Notes: a model not told the origin generated them from the letters alone. Positions 24,733-39,834 are shown, counted from the stretch's first letter. The stretch: 64,000 bases of DNA from Octopus vulgaris (GCA_951406725.2 OX597820.1:12338001-12402000); one strand, 5' to 3'. Program-made: numbers and translations.

Positions 24733-26247
24733 ATATATATATCGTATGATGGAGTTTAGTATAATGAAATTATAAGGCTATTTGTTCTAGATTTATCAAA
24801 AAGAAGAAAGCTTTGTTTTATATTCTGCTGATGTCCTTATCCCACCGAGTAATTATAACGTCATAAACTGTCAGTAAATAGAATTTTGTATCATCGCAGA
24901 TAGAATCTTTCGCCGTTAATTTTGTAGATACTGTGTTGAGACTAGATAATTATTATTGACCATACCTAAAATGGAAAGAGAAATTAGTGTACATACATAA
25001 GCGAGGAAATCACCTGCACGGCATTTTGAGGAAATTAGTCGACCATCTTTATAAATGCGAGTTACCGTCATAATTTTCGGTGTATATACTTTTATTGGGC
25101 GGCTGTTTATTATAAGTTATGTGTTCAGAAAATGTATTTTCTGGAAGATTAGATATGTAAAAAGTGCAGAAAGACAACTGCACAGGGATACGTAAAGGAA
25201 TATTTTATACTACAATCTGTTATTTCATCTAGACGTAATAGAATTAGGAAACTTTTCAATTTGGTAGGTACCTATTTTCCGCTTGGGAAAGTATAGTGTT
25301 AGAGTTAGTTATATAGTTAGCAAAAATGTCGTTGCGATATCGAAGGTTCTAATGCTGGATTTTTGAATGAAAATGACAGGTGTTCAGCTGACCAACACTA
25401 ATCAGGCAACTGCCAAATTAATCACCGGTAAAGTAGAAACGAACAACAGAGCCGAAAGTTATTGGGCTCTTTTGCTTGCTTGTACTTTAACGACTGTCAT
25501 TGACATTTTAAAATAGATTTTATAAGCAAACATTGATTTGTCAACATGTATATGTGTGTATGAGCAAGCGTTTCTCTTTGTGCATTTGACCTCAGTAAAT
25601 TTCGTTAGTTTATGAACTGACAAAGGATTTTAGTTGTGCAAATACTGCCACAACTTCAATTAACGTCGTTTCTTTAGAATTGCACAGTTGCACAGTTACT
25701 TTCTATATCCGTGGTGTTGTGTGAAATCTTTATTCATTCATGTTGCGAGCTATTACTACTACTTTGCATGATTTTCACAGAGAAAGGTGAGAAGCAGGTC
25801 AGTTCTTGGCATATCGTGTTTATAATCGATGATTGTGGTGTAAAAATGTGTTCTTTTTTAAACCACTGTCGTTTATGCTTTATGGAAATGAAGACCACGC
25901 CATTAAAGGTTTCTAATATTTGCTCATAGGCTAGAGATTCTTTTATAGAAATTATTAATCAGGCTCACTGAAACATATGTGTGGACGGTAGGGGTTTATA
26001 TTACTATATGTAAAATTCTCAAAAGGTTAGCTATAAAGTTTTGTGTTTTGGGCATATATTAATTGATTGTAATATTTTATGTTCCTGGCCGTGTGCCTAC
26101 ATTTGAAACCAGTATTTCAGAACTTTATGATATTTTAGTTAGATGATTGTTATTTACAGATGTTAGTAAGGTATCGAGTCGTCCAGTGCCATATCGAAAT
26201 ATGGCCACCTTAACAAATCTATGTAAATTAATCATTATTGTAAATAT

Positions 26248-26382
26248 TTCGCTGGGGTCAACTTTGCCTTTCATCCTTCCAGGTTCGATAAAATAAGTAG
26301 CAGTTGATTAATGGGCTCGATAAAATTAACTTACGCTCTGTTCCGAAATTACTGGTCTTGTGTCAAAAATTAGAAGCCAATA
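26248..26382 (+). mobile_element. Deu/Nin-domain SINE, 5'-truncated
   Basis: ggggtcaactttgcctttcatccttccaggttcgataaaataagtagcag. Confidence 0.8.
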
Positions 26383-27763
26383 TCTTCTATTGTAAATTTC
26401 TCATTTGCGCGTGCCTAGGATATACAAGTTAAAAGTCAAACAACTCTGTGCCGATGAGTAAGGAATTCGGGGTATCTGATTTTTGTAGCACGGCCTTTTT
26501 ATAGAAGTAAATTCCCATTGTGTTAATAATGAAATGCATATTATTGCCCTCTATATTGTAACATATCGTAGGAAAGGAGTGTGACAGGTACAAGTTTGGA
26601 GATATAAATGTAAAATTAGTCAATAAACGTGGTAACGTGGGAATACTTTTTTAATGTATTACACCAGTTAATGGCTATAGTGTTTCTGTACCATTGGTGG
26701 AGGTTAACTATTAATTTAGCTGAATGTTGTTTTTATTAATTCATCTGATTTCTCTAATTTATATTTGGGATTGGAGATAAAATTATGTTATGATCTTTAA
26801 ATAAAATTATGTTATGGTCTACACAAAATATTCTAAATGGCTGATTAATGTAAGTTCATGAACTAATTTTGTTTCTACGATATCTATTTTCTTCAATATT
26901 TATATGCTTATACGCCAAGCATTAGAGTTTTTGGTTATACTCATCTTTAAAATTCAAAAACTTTGATGAAGTAGATAATAGTAAAAATGGTACATGTAAG
27001 AGTTTATTTGTTGAGGCCATGCTCACAGAAGAAAGATGCCTAGCGTGTCCATTTACCTACATTTTTATACAGAAGGTTTTTTCGTATGCTATTTATTAGA
27101 CGGGGTATGGAAATTATTCGTTGAACAGATTTTATTTTATAAACCCATAATTAGTGTTATATATTTTGGTTTCGAAAAGTGCTCTATGTGCTACATGCGA
27201 TATGTCAATTCATACAATGTGAATTACTGTAGGAACATACAAATGATCACTACGCGGCATAGGAACGTTAATATTTGCAATAGTTACTTAAATGAACAAA
27301 AATAGAGCAGTCGATATAATAGTAAAGCTATATAACTGTAAGATAAAGATTCGATAGTGTAACGTAGCTTCAAATCCTATGCTTATCTGATGCTAAGTAA
27401 TAATCGGACAATAAGATGCAAGCAGGTTACTAAAATATTCACGAATATTTGTTGTTAGAATTTGAGATTACTGGTATTATATTCTGCATAAAAAGAAAAA
27501 AAAAAACTTTACAAAGAGCACAGATCCTAACATATTATCGATGTCGGTTTTCTTTAGCTCCCATAGATGGTATGTAATATAAAAAGTGAAAGAATAATAA
27601 AGTGGAAACTTTATATATATAGAGAGAGAAGAAGGATTTTGTTTGTGAACTCATGGAAACTTCTATGATCTTTTGAACATTTGATCATTTAAATATTTTT
27701 TCCAATTTTCCTGTCACTCTAAACTCTCCTTAACCCCTTATATATATATACATTTTTTTTTTG

Positions 27764-27798
27764 CCATTGATAAACAAAAAATGTCGAAACCGGTTTGG
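27764..27798 (+). ncRNA. Degenerate minimal hammerhead motif
   Basis: CCA-ttgataa-ACA(aaaaa)TGT-c-GAAACCGGTT-TGG. The stems are intact but the CUGANGA core is mutated. Confidence 0.45.
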
Positions 27799-27885
27799 TA
27801 TTTGAATAAATCTATTACACAATGTAAAAACGACAACACATTTTGAGAGCCAATAGCATTTTCAAACCCCAAAACAAATTCTTCG

Positions 27886-27921
<36 letters not shown>

Positions 27922-30307
27922 GTTATTACTAAATATGAAATTAAAGTGAGAAAATACAACTAAGAAATAAGTGAGAAATAAAAAAACAAAACGATGAAAC
28001 ACTATAAAAGCGGCATAAGACGAACGGAAAAATAGAGTAAGTTTGAATCTAAATGCTATGTTACACAGAAATGTGCGCGAAAGGTAAACATTTGACAATG
28101 TGTATAATTGAAGGATATAGTTAGTACAAAAAATGTTTTTGTAGGATAAACTGAGAAGCAATATAGAAGGTATGATTTTTTCCGGCTAAAATCCTAAGTG
28201 TTGATTCAGTCAGCCTATGCTAATTCGCTTTTCCAGTGTTTAATGGGGTACACGTCAAAGTGGTTATTTTCAAAAATATATTTTTGACCAAACACTTAAA
28301 GGCTCTACCGATCTATTAGCATTTTCGTGAATGAGGCTTTTCTCAACCCATACATCACCTGCAACGATTTGCAAATCTTGCATGGTGTCTATTAGCCACA
28401 AAAAAATACAAATACAACATTTATAATACACTCAAGGAAATGTTAGAATGCTGTTCAATAAACTGAACTAATATCTCTTTGAATTAGCGCCTGAGAGGCT
28501 CAGAATTCCACAGACATCAGCGATCTCACTATTGCCCGCCGGCTAAGTCCCTATGCTACAGGAAGACAAAGTTAGGTCTTTGAATAGCAGATAGAATAAA
28601 AAAAAATTCCTCCGATTTCGTCTGCTCCGTTTCATGCACCTGACATAGTTCAACTTGAGACAATGATTAGCTACACTTGCCAAAAATAAATTTCAATAGG
28701 ACAATGATCGGAACGTAACGTGTTAAAATGTGTAAGAAATAAATTTGCTGTCACGCACGCACGCATGTACACACACACATGCGCGCGCACACACACACAC
28801 ACACAGAACACGCACTTATAAATGTAAGTGTGTCCGTATGCATATATATAGATATACATATATACAGAGAAAAGTAACAACTGACGGATTCTTCAATCAA
28901 CACATTGAACAAGCTATCGAATTGTTAGTTGATAAAATAAAGAAGTGGTACTGAACCAATGCGTGTGTTTATTTTGATTTTCATTAGCATAATGGTCCAT
29001 CTTAAACGCGACAATATTTGTTTCAACACACTAATTTACATCGCAAAAAAGCTTTTATATATATGTGTGTGTGTGTGTATATATATATGTAATATATATG
29101 TATATATGAATGTATATGCATTTATATATATACACACACGTACACGCGTGTATATATATACAGGTATGTGCGTGTGTGTTTGAAACCATGTATGTATGCA
29201 TTGCTACATTGCTATGTTTAGATGTCTGAATTCAATTGTTTAATGACACATGTACAAGAATAGTTTATTTAAAGGAAAACCAATGAACTCATTCACATGA
29301 TTTCAATGTTTGCTTTCGATACATATAAATACATTACTGTTTTATCTATGATATTGTTGTCTTCCCTCTTTTCCGCACCAAAACAAGATGATAATAGTTT
29401 TTTAACCACACAATTGCTTCAAGATTTTGATTTTCCTTTGGGCATTAATATCCGCAATGGAAGTCTATTTAGAGAGAAAAATATGCAGTAAATCGTGCAG
29501 GAGTTTTCCTAATTGTGCAATATAATCGCACGAAAGTTTTCCTTGAACAAAACTCTGTACTGTACAACACTCGGGTACGAATACAACATTCATTTGATAT
29601 TAGTTACGATTTTAATTTATAAGAATGTGCTACGATATATTCATGTATTTAGAAATTCGACACAACAATAGTTGTATTGTTCTTTATGTAAACTGCCATT
29701 GTTTACTCATTTTACAACGTTTGAAATTGTAGTTTTTCACTGCATTTGACTTATTATTTCTTTTTATCTATTAATAACCTACACCTGTCTCACACGTCTT
29801 TTGCTGTTTTTTTTTTTTTGCTTCATGTTATTATTTCTTTGTTGGAACACAACAATCATTGACTCTGAATTATTATGTATTGGGAGTGTTCTTACGATAT
29901 TATGATGTTCAATATATGATAGCCAACTGTCCCTATTGGACACGTTCTGCATCAGCAGGCCTGAAATAGACATCGACACTCTCTTCTGTAAAATCTTCGC
30001 TCGCCCACGAAGCCAATGTGTATGTGTGTATACATACATACATACATACATGCAACAGCCACTCCTACCAAAATTCTTACTATAAATTCTTCCCTTCACC
30101 TTAAACGATACTAAGCTGAACCACACACATAAATAAACAGCTACAACCGCACACACACATACACACACGTGCTATCATTACACACATACACCTGCGTGCA
30201 CGCATATACCCACACATACGCACAGATACCTCCTTCACTTGCACTCTCCAGTCTTTGAAAGAACTTTTTCTTCACCCATTCCCTTCCGGTCATTTCAATA
30301 TGTGACA

Positions 30308-30503
30308 GCGCGTGTATCGTTGGCGATTTTCTTTCTCCGTCTTCCCTTCCTTGGACTTTTCCTTTTTTCTATATTTCAGACGAAGAGCTCCGCTCGAAAC
30401 GTTAAATCCTCCTTCTTTCTTTCCTTTCCTGAGCCTCCAATAACACTATACTTGTTCCACGTCCTCGCGTTGTGTTTTCACTTTGTTAATGTTTGGATTA
30501 ACT
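30308..30503 (+). mobile_element. Penelope pseudo-LTR family A with hammerhead motif at 30373-30407
   Basis: ATTT-CAGACGA-A-GAGC(tcc)GCTC-GAAAC-GTT-AAAT. Homologous to 2860-3040. Confidence 0.72.
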
Positions 30504-30550
30504 ATACATACATACATACACATACATACATACATACATACATACATACA

Positions 30551-30586
<36 letters not shown>

Positions 30587-30663
30587 TATGTATATATATA
30601 CATATATATATACATTTATATATATATTTATATATATACATATATATATACATATATATATAT

Positions 30664-30712
<49 letters not shown>

Positions 30713-30777
30713 TATGCATGCATATGCATATGTGTATGTATGTATGTGGTACATATCTATATAGAAACATGTATCTT

Positions 30778-31027
30778 ATATCTTTTATCTTTTACATGTT
30801 TCAGTCACTCGACTGTAGCCATACTGGAGCACCATTTTGAAAACTTTTTGTTAGTCAAATGAATGAACCCCAGTACTTACCTTTTGCTGTGCCAGGTACT
30901 TTTTCTCTCGATCTAGTTTGCTGAACCGAGGCTATAGGAGAAGACGCCCAAGGTGACACACAGTGGGACTGAACCTGTAATTATGTGCCTGCAAAGCAAG
31001 CTTCTTACTATACAGTCACGACTGCAG
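30778..31027 (-). mobile_element. Degenerate CORE-like SINE with an internal deletion
   Basis: Reverse complement of the 20102 family tail (tgtttcagtca..catactggagcacc) and head (cagtgggactgaacc..gcaagcttcttac). Confidence 0.75.
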
Positions 31028-31097
31028 CTACATATGTATACATAAACACACACACACATGTACATATATATGTATATATATGTGTGTATGTATATAT

Positions 31098-31179
<82 letters not shown>

Positions 31180-33261
31180 TCATGACTTCATTTAATCTGG
31201 TTATTGTCAATTTTAGATTTTATGGATCTATGGAGGAAAATCCAACTGGACACATTCATATAACTCTGCATCACTCGTTATAATTTTGTGGCATATGTTC
31301 ACGAGAAAGATATTACATTGTCTTTAAAAATAGAAACTTTATGTAAAATTGGCAAATTGTACTGACTCTTGATACAGCATTGGTTTAAATTAATCATTTG
31401 CAAAATTTTTAGACAAGAGGTTTCTATTTTATTCTTGACTATATATGTTTCTCTTTTCATATTTGTAGATAGCTATAATAACGAACGATTAGTTTTCAAC
31501 CATCTTACATTATTCAGATACAACGCCTTACATTCTGAGTGAACTGCATTTAGTTTTGAAAACCTAGATATCTAGTGTTACTATACAAATGCCACTATAC
31601 GAATGCCAGTTGGGAAATAGGAATAATGTTAGCACATGTTGAAGAAATGTTTTTATCGCAATATCGGTTCGCATTAGTCATAGCTGTGGCTAACATATCA
31701 TCTTTATGGCATTTAATATTATTTTATCCTGCATCTATAATCTGTTTTATGAATGTTTGGTTGCGATGTCTTCAAATTAGACTGATTGCGTACAAGATTA
31801 CTCCACATATGCTTAAAAGTACATGAGTGCTTACTTAATACATACCAACCAAGGACTAATCATATATATTTTCTAAAATAGTGTACCGCTTGCCCATTTG
31901 AGGGAAAGTACCTGGCACACATATAAGCAATATAGTGCGCATAAAATAAATATCACGCATTCAATAATTAAGCATTCATTAACCGATTACCCCCGATGAT
32001 AAGTTGCTGGCTAGCTCTACTATTTTTCTACTATCTAAGTTCTACTATTTTTCCTCCAGGAATTCATCTCTCCAGAATTCCTTTTCGGTAGGAGTTTTCC
32101 ATCCAGATAATAGTATACAGAAATTCTGAAAGGTATTACTGATTTACTGAAGCTTGTAGATACGTATGTTTTCCATTTGAGTATTCTATTACTGACAATA
32201 TCATATCAAATTAATAGAAAAACCAACAACAAAAGAGTGTTTGTTAGAATACAAAATTCGGATAGAGTCCTCTTTTAATGTATTTTTGTTTCAACCGGAT
32301 GTTGCAAAATAATACACAGTGTAAATCAATATGGCACGATGAATTAGGCGTCAATAAATATACAAAAAATATCGTCAGCTTAAGTACATTTAATACATAC
32401 AAATATACATACACACGTACACATATGTACCTAAACATACATACATGTAGAGAGAGAGAGAGAGAGAGCAGCGAAAGAGAGAGAGGAGAGATAGATAGGT
32501 GGATGGATGAATGAGTGGATGAATGGATATATATATATAGATAGATAGGTTGATAATGGGTATATGCGTGTTTGCTTGCATCTTTGTATTTGTGTGTGAG
32601 TACATTGATGACTTACACAGTTTCAGTGAAGATATGTGAGAAAGAGAAAATGAAATGATATTCAACATTATTCAGGAGTAGAGTTTCTTGACTCATATCG
32701 AGTTTCTCTAGAGATGATTCTATGAACGCGTGTCATAGCCTTTGGATAATAAAGTGTTTTATTGTGAAGGTGTAACAAGACTGTTGTCCTCCAGATGATC
32801 TATCTTACAGACAGAAATAGAGAAAGGTGACCAAGCAAAGTGAGTGTCATAATGAAATGAAACTCATACAGACTAGTATATAGGAGGGTTGATATAATAA
32901 GGGAACTCACAAACAAATGGTTACGAATAAAAAGGAGGTCAAATGGATATAAAAATTCATTTTGTTTATGAAATGTTTTCAAACGAAAAGTTTTTTCAAA
33001 AATTGATGATAGTTTGCAAACGCAAATAATTACAAATATCGAATTGAGATTAAAATGACCAGAATAAATTAAAAATATCTTTACAAAGTATTGGTTACAA
33101 ACACGTGACGATGATGGTACAAATAGTACAAAAAGACTTTATAAATGCAAGTGCTTTGACTGTTACGAAGTGTATGTTAATTTTACTTGCAAATGAGCAT
33201 TTACAAATTCAAATGATTATATATCTAAATATAGTGTATGTGTGTATGTACATATATAGAC

Positions 33262-33326
<65 letters not shown>

Positions 33327-33341
33327 CATACATATATATAT

Positions 33342-33388
<47 letters not shown>

Positions 33389-33397
33389 AACACATAC

Positions 33398-33552
33398 CTG
33401 GCATCCTCTCGATTACGACACAAGGGTTCCAGCTGTTCCGATCATCGGAACAGCCTGCTCTTGATATTTAAAGTGCAAGTGACTCAGCACTCCACACATA
33501 TGAATACTCTGAATGTAGTTCTCAGGGATATTCAGCGCGACACAGAATGTGC
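33398..33552 (-). mobile_element. 3' fragment of the third SINE family
   Basis: agggttccagctgttccgatca..gaacagcctgctc..agcactccac..gtagttctcagggatattcagcg. Confidence 0.8.
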
Positions 33553-33739
33553 AGGTATGTGCGCATGTATGTGTGCATGTATGTATGTATGTATGTATGT
33601 ATGTATGTATGTATGTATGTATGTATATATGTATGTATGTATGTATGTTTGTATGTATGTATGTATGTACATACGTATGTATGTATGTGCGTATGGATAT
33701 ATGTGTGTATGTAAGTATGCATGTATATGTATATATATA

Positions 33740-33782
<43 letters not shown>

Positions 33783-33783
33783 G

Positions 33784-33821
<38 letters not shown>

Positions 33822-33823
<2 letters not shown>

Positions 33824-34089
33824 CGGAAACTGGAAGAAGCCTGTCGTATATATATATGTATATGTGTGTGTGCATGTGTTTCTGTGTCTGTGTTTGTCCC
33901 CCTAGCATTGCTTGTCAACCGATGCTGGTGTGTTTACGTCCCCGTCACTTAGCGGTTCGGCAAAAGAGACCGATAGAATAAGTACTGGGCTTACAAAGAA
34001 TAAGTCCCGGGATTGATTTGCTCGACTAAAGGCGGTGCTCCAGCATGGCCGCAGTCAAATGACTGAAACAAGTAATAGAGTAAAAGAGT
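33822..34089 (+). mobile_element. CORE-like SINE, 5'-truncated
   Basis: Nearly identical to 20240-20502. Confidence 0.9.
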
Positions 34090-34107
34090 AAATATGTATA
34101 TGTATAT

Positions 34108-34157
34108 AGACGATGGATAATTGTCAGGTGTAATGAGCTGACAATTATCCATCGTCT
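34108..34157. repeat. Perfect 20-bp inverted repeat with a 10-nt spacer
   Basis: agacgatggataattgtcag-gtgtaatgag-ctgacaattatccatcgtct. Confidence 0.95.
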
Positions 34158-34665
34158 GTTATAATTTCATTGATTATAATACACCATAGGGATTTACGAC
34201 ACGTCGGACCACCTGGAATATTCCAACAACGTACAATCAACGTATCGTGTGCTTTGGACCAGTCCCTATTGCTATTATTATTATTATTATTATTTATATG
34301 TATCTATATATATATTGCATATATTCTCCCTGTTAAGCATTATTCAAATACTTTCTAGATACGCAACATTAGAAATTTAATCTAAATTTCGCTTATGTCT
34401 AAACACTGGCTGGCACTGATGCTGCTGTTATTATTAACACCTGGCAGTCTAATGGCTCAACTCAGTCAATGTTGTTGACTACGTTTTAATTAAAGCTACT
34501 GCTCTAATTCTGCCCAGACACACATTTTTACCCACCAAAAGAGTTTTTTCTCCACAGTAATTGCGGTGAATTTTCATTTAGAAGTTGAGATATGTCAAAC
34601 ATTATAATTAACATAAAATTCGCTCATGTCTAAATATTTTTTGGCACTGATACTGCTGCAATATG

Positions 34666-34712
<47 letters not shown>

Positions 34713-35389
34713 GTAAAAAAATACAAACTGGGACAAGAACGTGAAACGATAGAAGACGATACAAAAAACACGGACGGGACATTCGAAGCCTTCAATCTTC
34801 AGTCAAGAACCGGATCATCTTCGCAATATATATATATATATATATATATATAGTGTGTGTGTGTGTGTATGTATGTATATACATGTGTGTATGTCTATAC
34901 ATACACGAGTGTGTGTATATATATAGGCATACTTGCATACCTACATTCATACATACATGCATATATACGTACATACATACGTGTAAGACATGTCTATCTT
35001 AAAAGAGTGATTAAAAGAAACATTCATTCGAGAATTGGCTCAATAGTTTGGGATGTAGTGTTGATGTTTAATTTGAGACAGCGTCCGACAATTTTACAAA
35101 GGTTTTGAAACTTATTTTTTTTGAGTTTTGCTAAGGAAGTTTACGAGTCCACCATGATATACAATAATGTAAATTTATAAATTCATGCATGATATCAACT
35201 ACAGTAATCCCGTAGTAATGATAATTTTAAACAAATGGGAGCAATCAATTCGTTTCAGCAATCAATATGTTTTAGCAATCAGTGTGTTTAGAATATCAAT
35301 TCTGAAACTCTGTGATCCCATGCTAAGTTTTGTGATACGATATAAAATTTATAATCTAATGGGAAGAATCATCTTATATTTATATATTT

Positions 35390-35690
35390 GTTTCAGTTTT
35401 TAGACAAGGGCCATGCTAGGGTACCGTATTGAAGGTGTTTAGTCGAATGAATCGACCTCAGTACTTAATTTTATTTTGCAGAAACGGTGATAACACTAAT
35501 ACTGTTATCCAAGCGTTTGTGGATGTAGAATTACATACAACGAAATTCTATCAGTTTCAGTCTACTAAATTCATTTACAAGAGTTTGGTCGATCCGAGGC
35601 AATAGGCTATAGTAGAAGAGATTTTCTCAAGGTGCCACTGAAGTCGGAACTATGTGTATAAGAAGGAAGCTGTTTACTACTCACCCATGA
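35390..35690 (-). mobile_element. Old CORE-like SINE
   Basis: tcagtttcagtctactaaattcatttacaag..tttggtcgatccgaggc..atagtagaaga..caaggtgcca is the reverse complement of the family body. Confidence 0.65.
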
Positions 35691-36108
35691 AAGTATATAT
35701 GAAGATGCCTCTTTACAGTTCAAATATGTACCGTATATATTTGAATAGATACAAAGTTTCTTTGTTTTAAAACATTGCTTCGGACTTCAATCATGTGTTT
35801 TGTTCCGTCCTGGTGGCCAAAGCGCGCAATCAGTAAGCAACATCTACTATTTTCTTGTAAGGAGTCTACGTCTTCCAGTCAGCTGCTTAGTATCTTGTCC
35901 CGAAGAATGCAGAACACTCGAAATGATCCAGTCCGTAGGTAGTATCTGAACTGACTCCAATACTTTTAGCAGTTTTTGCTTCAAGCTACAATTATTCTCC
36001 AAGGCAACACACAACAATGAAAATATCTCTTTACATGTCAAATATGTCCCAGACACATGTATACTTATGTGGAGGCTATATGTGGATACATAATACATAC
36101 ATGTATGC

Positions 36109-36148
<40 letters not shown>

Positions 36149-36152
<4 letters not shown>

Positions 36153-36259
36153 CGAGTACATGGGTTCGGTTTCCGGACCTAGCGTTGAGTTGTTCAAATT
36201 GTCCTAACATACAAGTACATCACATTTGTTTGGCAATGTATATGAATGTCTGTTTGAAC

Positions 36260-36339
<80 letters not shown>

Positions 36340-36530
36340 GAGTGCATGTGTGTGTATCTATCACGCGGAAGTGGATTAACATATAACTTGTCCATCTACC
36401 AAAAGTTTTCAATAATAAAGTTCAAACAGGCATTCATATACATTGCCAAACAAATGTGATGTACTTGTAGGTTAGGACAATTTGAACAACGCAACGCTCG
36501 GTCCGGAAACCGAACCCATGAACTCGCAAT
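36149..36530. mobile_element. MITE or fold-back with ~120-bp TIRs enclosing (TTA)n
   Basis: 36149-36267 matches the reverse complement of 36411-36530 with only a few mismatches. Confidence 0.9.
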
Positions 36531-37030
36531 CGTATGTATATGTACATATAAGTTATTATGGATACATAAATATATGCATGTGTATATGTACCCGTGCATT
36601 TGTAACTATAACATACACGCGTATTCATAGTCAACCTAATCTATACCAAGATTAAAAATGTAGGCTTCACAAAATCTGAAAGAAAATGGTCGCTTAGAAG
36701 ATTACTGCTTCAAAGCAGTGAAGACACTGATAAATATATACAGTTTTCGTATATAGTAACTGTAGGTAAACATTGACGTGAACGCAGGCAATCAAATGCT
36801 TATGCATATATAAGACAAAACATGCAGGATGAAAAGTGCAATGACATTCATACAAGCGCATGTGCATGCAGATTCATATATGTACATGCAAGAATGCTTA
36901 TATGTATACGTATATACATACATATATACAATTAGAGAATGCAGGGTAGTTACTACCAAGCAATACTGAGGCACAGAAGACGGTGAGCTATATATACACA
37001 CACACATACATATGTATATATATGTATATA

Positions 37031-37079
<49 letters not shown>

Positions 37080-37647
37080 CGAGAGAGAGACAGAAAGAGT
37101 GAGGAGAGTGAGAGAGACAGAGAAGGAATATAAACATACATACGCTCTCATATCTATTCAGAGACATATTTGCATTAAAAATTTTGCTTTAAAATAACAA
37201 CTTTGTTATATTCAAATCGCCCAAAATCTAATATATAAAAAGAAAAGCATAAACACACAAAAATATTTAGTCTTCACTCACTAAGGACTACTTCTAAGAA
37301 TTGATTTCCGAGATAGGTTAGTATTTTCACAAAGAAGCTCATTCATGGAAATGTCATATAATTTGACATAAAGCCGTTCTGTTTTGATTTTGGCGACATC
37401 AGTTTAAAGCAGAACCTCACAAAGTCATCTGTGTGCATTGATATACAGTGGCTTTTGGCAACCACATGTAATAGTGATATATTGATATGAGTTCATGGCC
37501 ATGTATGAATGTATGTATGTATATATAGAGAGAGAGGGAGGGAGAGAGAGGGAGAGAGAGAAAGAGAGAGAGAGACACACACACACACATATCCTCAGTC
37601 AGATAAGACGCACTTATACGTTTATGTACGAATCTATCTATCTATCA

Positions 37648-37713
<66 letters not shown>

Positions 37714-37738
37714 ATATGTATATCTTTTGCCCTTGTTT

Positions 37739-37780
<42 letters not shown>

Positions 37781-37944
37781 ACACATGGCCAAAAGAAAAA
37801 ATCCTGTTCTCAGCATATTGGCGTAGAATTTTTTTCTTTTGCCCTTGTTTATAAATTGTTTATAATTTTCGCCTTTAAAAGGTATTTTAATATGCTGCCA
37901 CTTTGATGAAATGTCTTTGGAAAAAAAATTATCCTATATTAGTA

Positions 37945-37981
<37 letters not shown>

Positions 37982-38494
37982 CACACACATATATATATAT
38001 ATGCATGAATGTGCCTGTCTCTTCTTTCTCTCTCTCTATCTGTATATACACACACATATATATAAGTTTATCAATGTATCTGTCTCTCTCTCTATATATA
38101 TATGTGTCTATACACCTCACGTACACACACACATTAATATTTTTCAAAAGCAACAGACTGACTTTAGGTCCAAGAGTTTCATGTGTTGCCAATGCCGAAA
38201 TATGAGGAGTGTGTTCACAGCATGAATACTCAGGCAATATTTTGGCAGAAATGGGAATGGTGTGTTCATATTGAGATGGCTGTTTTGTGAGAGAATGACC
38301 ATAAATGTGGCTTACCTTATTACTGCCTGGATTTACCTTGGATTTTACCTAAGGACATACGGACTAACCCACTTACCCTCTGAAAAATGAAGTGTAAATC
38401 TTATTTCCTTATTTCCTTACTCTCCACTTTTCTATTTCATTGCTTATTATCTTCGAATTTTCCATGTCTAGATCTTTTATATGTTCTCTACTTC

Positions 38495-38568
38495 TCTCTG
38501 ATGACGGAATACCACATATTAAGACATACTCGGCTATCGCTTGGGATATCTCAGAAACAGCTGTAAGA
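38495..38568 (+). ncRNA. Hammerhead ribozyme motif (family B) with a long stem II insert
   Basis: TCT-CTGATGA-(49 nt)-GAAAC-AGCT-GTA-AGA. The core is canonical and the stem III loop is palindromic. Confidence 0.65.
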
Positions 38569-38798
38569 CGACAGCTAATTCTGAAGTAATCTAGAATGAT
38601 GTATATGACTTGAGATGCTTGTTGTACCTAGGCGTTTGTTGTCCTCTTTCACAAATATATATGTATATCTGCTAAATAAGAAACGTGAAACAGATCCATA
38701 GCTCCCGTCTCAGTTATGAGCTTTGAACCCTGATAATCCGTTACAGCACTTACTTAGCGTACCTATTCGTTTAGATCACCAGTGACCTAAACACCCAT

Positions 38799-38881
<83 letters not shown>

Positions 38882-39439
38882 AAGTATGTATGTATGTATG
38901 TATATGGTGATAATTGTCAGATTCAAACAACTACTCGAACATTAATCGTATCACTTAGTCTTTCTTTGTATTGCGGGCTTTACGCTGGCCAAGCAATCGT
39001 ATTTCCGTAAAATATACCCTGCCACAAGCCTGACTTTGTTAGCAATGTCTATTGCCATTTTCTCGAACTACAGTCTCCATATTTCACAGCAGCTTCAGTT
39101 AAGGTCCAAATTTTCTTTATTCGACTGTAATATTCGTTAGCGACATCTGTTTTGTTACGGGTGTCATTGTAAGACACGTTTTCAATCTCCACTAGACCCC
39201 TGTAACATATGTTTCCATGTATGTAGGCAGGCAGGCATATATAAATTCCCAGTCCAGATTTTATATACAAGTAACTCAGACGTTTATATGGTTATATATA
39301 AATATATATATGTATTTTATAATTTATTTGATAAATTTCCTCTATTTACATAATATTGAGGTCTCTTTCTTTCTTTTGTTATCTTACCGTTTTATCAATA
39401 TATATATATATATATATATATGTATTTTATAATTTATTT

Positions 39440-39610
39440 GTTTCAGGCTTTCAACTGCTAAAATAGTGTGCCAGCGCCTTGACGGGTTTTAGTCGAAAAA
39501 TTTGACCCCAGTACGCATTGCATTTCTAAGTCTGATACTTATACTATCGGCCTGTTTGACCGAATCCCTAAGTTACGGAAGAATAAACAAGCCAGCACCA
39601 TTTTACAAGC
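39440..39610 (-). mobile_element. Old CORE-like SINE 3' fragment
   Basis: ttttagtcga....gaccccagtac..tactatcggcctgtttgaccgaatcccctaagttacgg. Confidence 0.55.
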
Positions 39611-39717
39611 AGTGAAGAGAAACAAATTGCCAAGGCACACACAAGCACAAAGACACACAAAACAACAACAACGCACACACACACCACATATACATACATA
39701 CATACTTACATACATAC

Positions 39718-39748
<31 letters not shown>

Positions 39749-39768
39749 CATACATACATACATACATA

Positions 39769-39834
<66 letters not shown>

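Noticed and set aside
35800-36050. Frames resembling LTR RNase H (FRYYL) or a small GTPase (HFECSA)
   Set aside because: Only 5-6 residue matches, with no flanking motifs.
38371-38395. Microexon-like pattern on the - strand (tttttcag|AGG|gtaagt); similar 6-nt cases at ~9317 and ~60186
   Set aside because: Such patterns are expected by chance in 64 kb of AT-rich DNA, and no gene model supports them.
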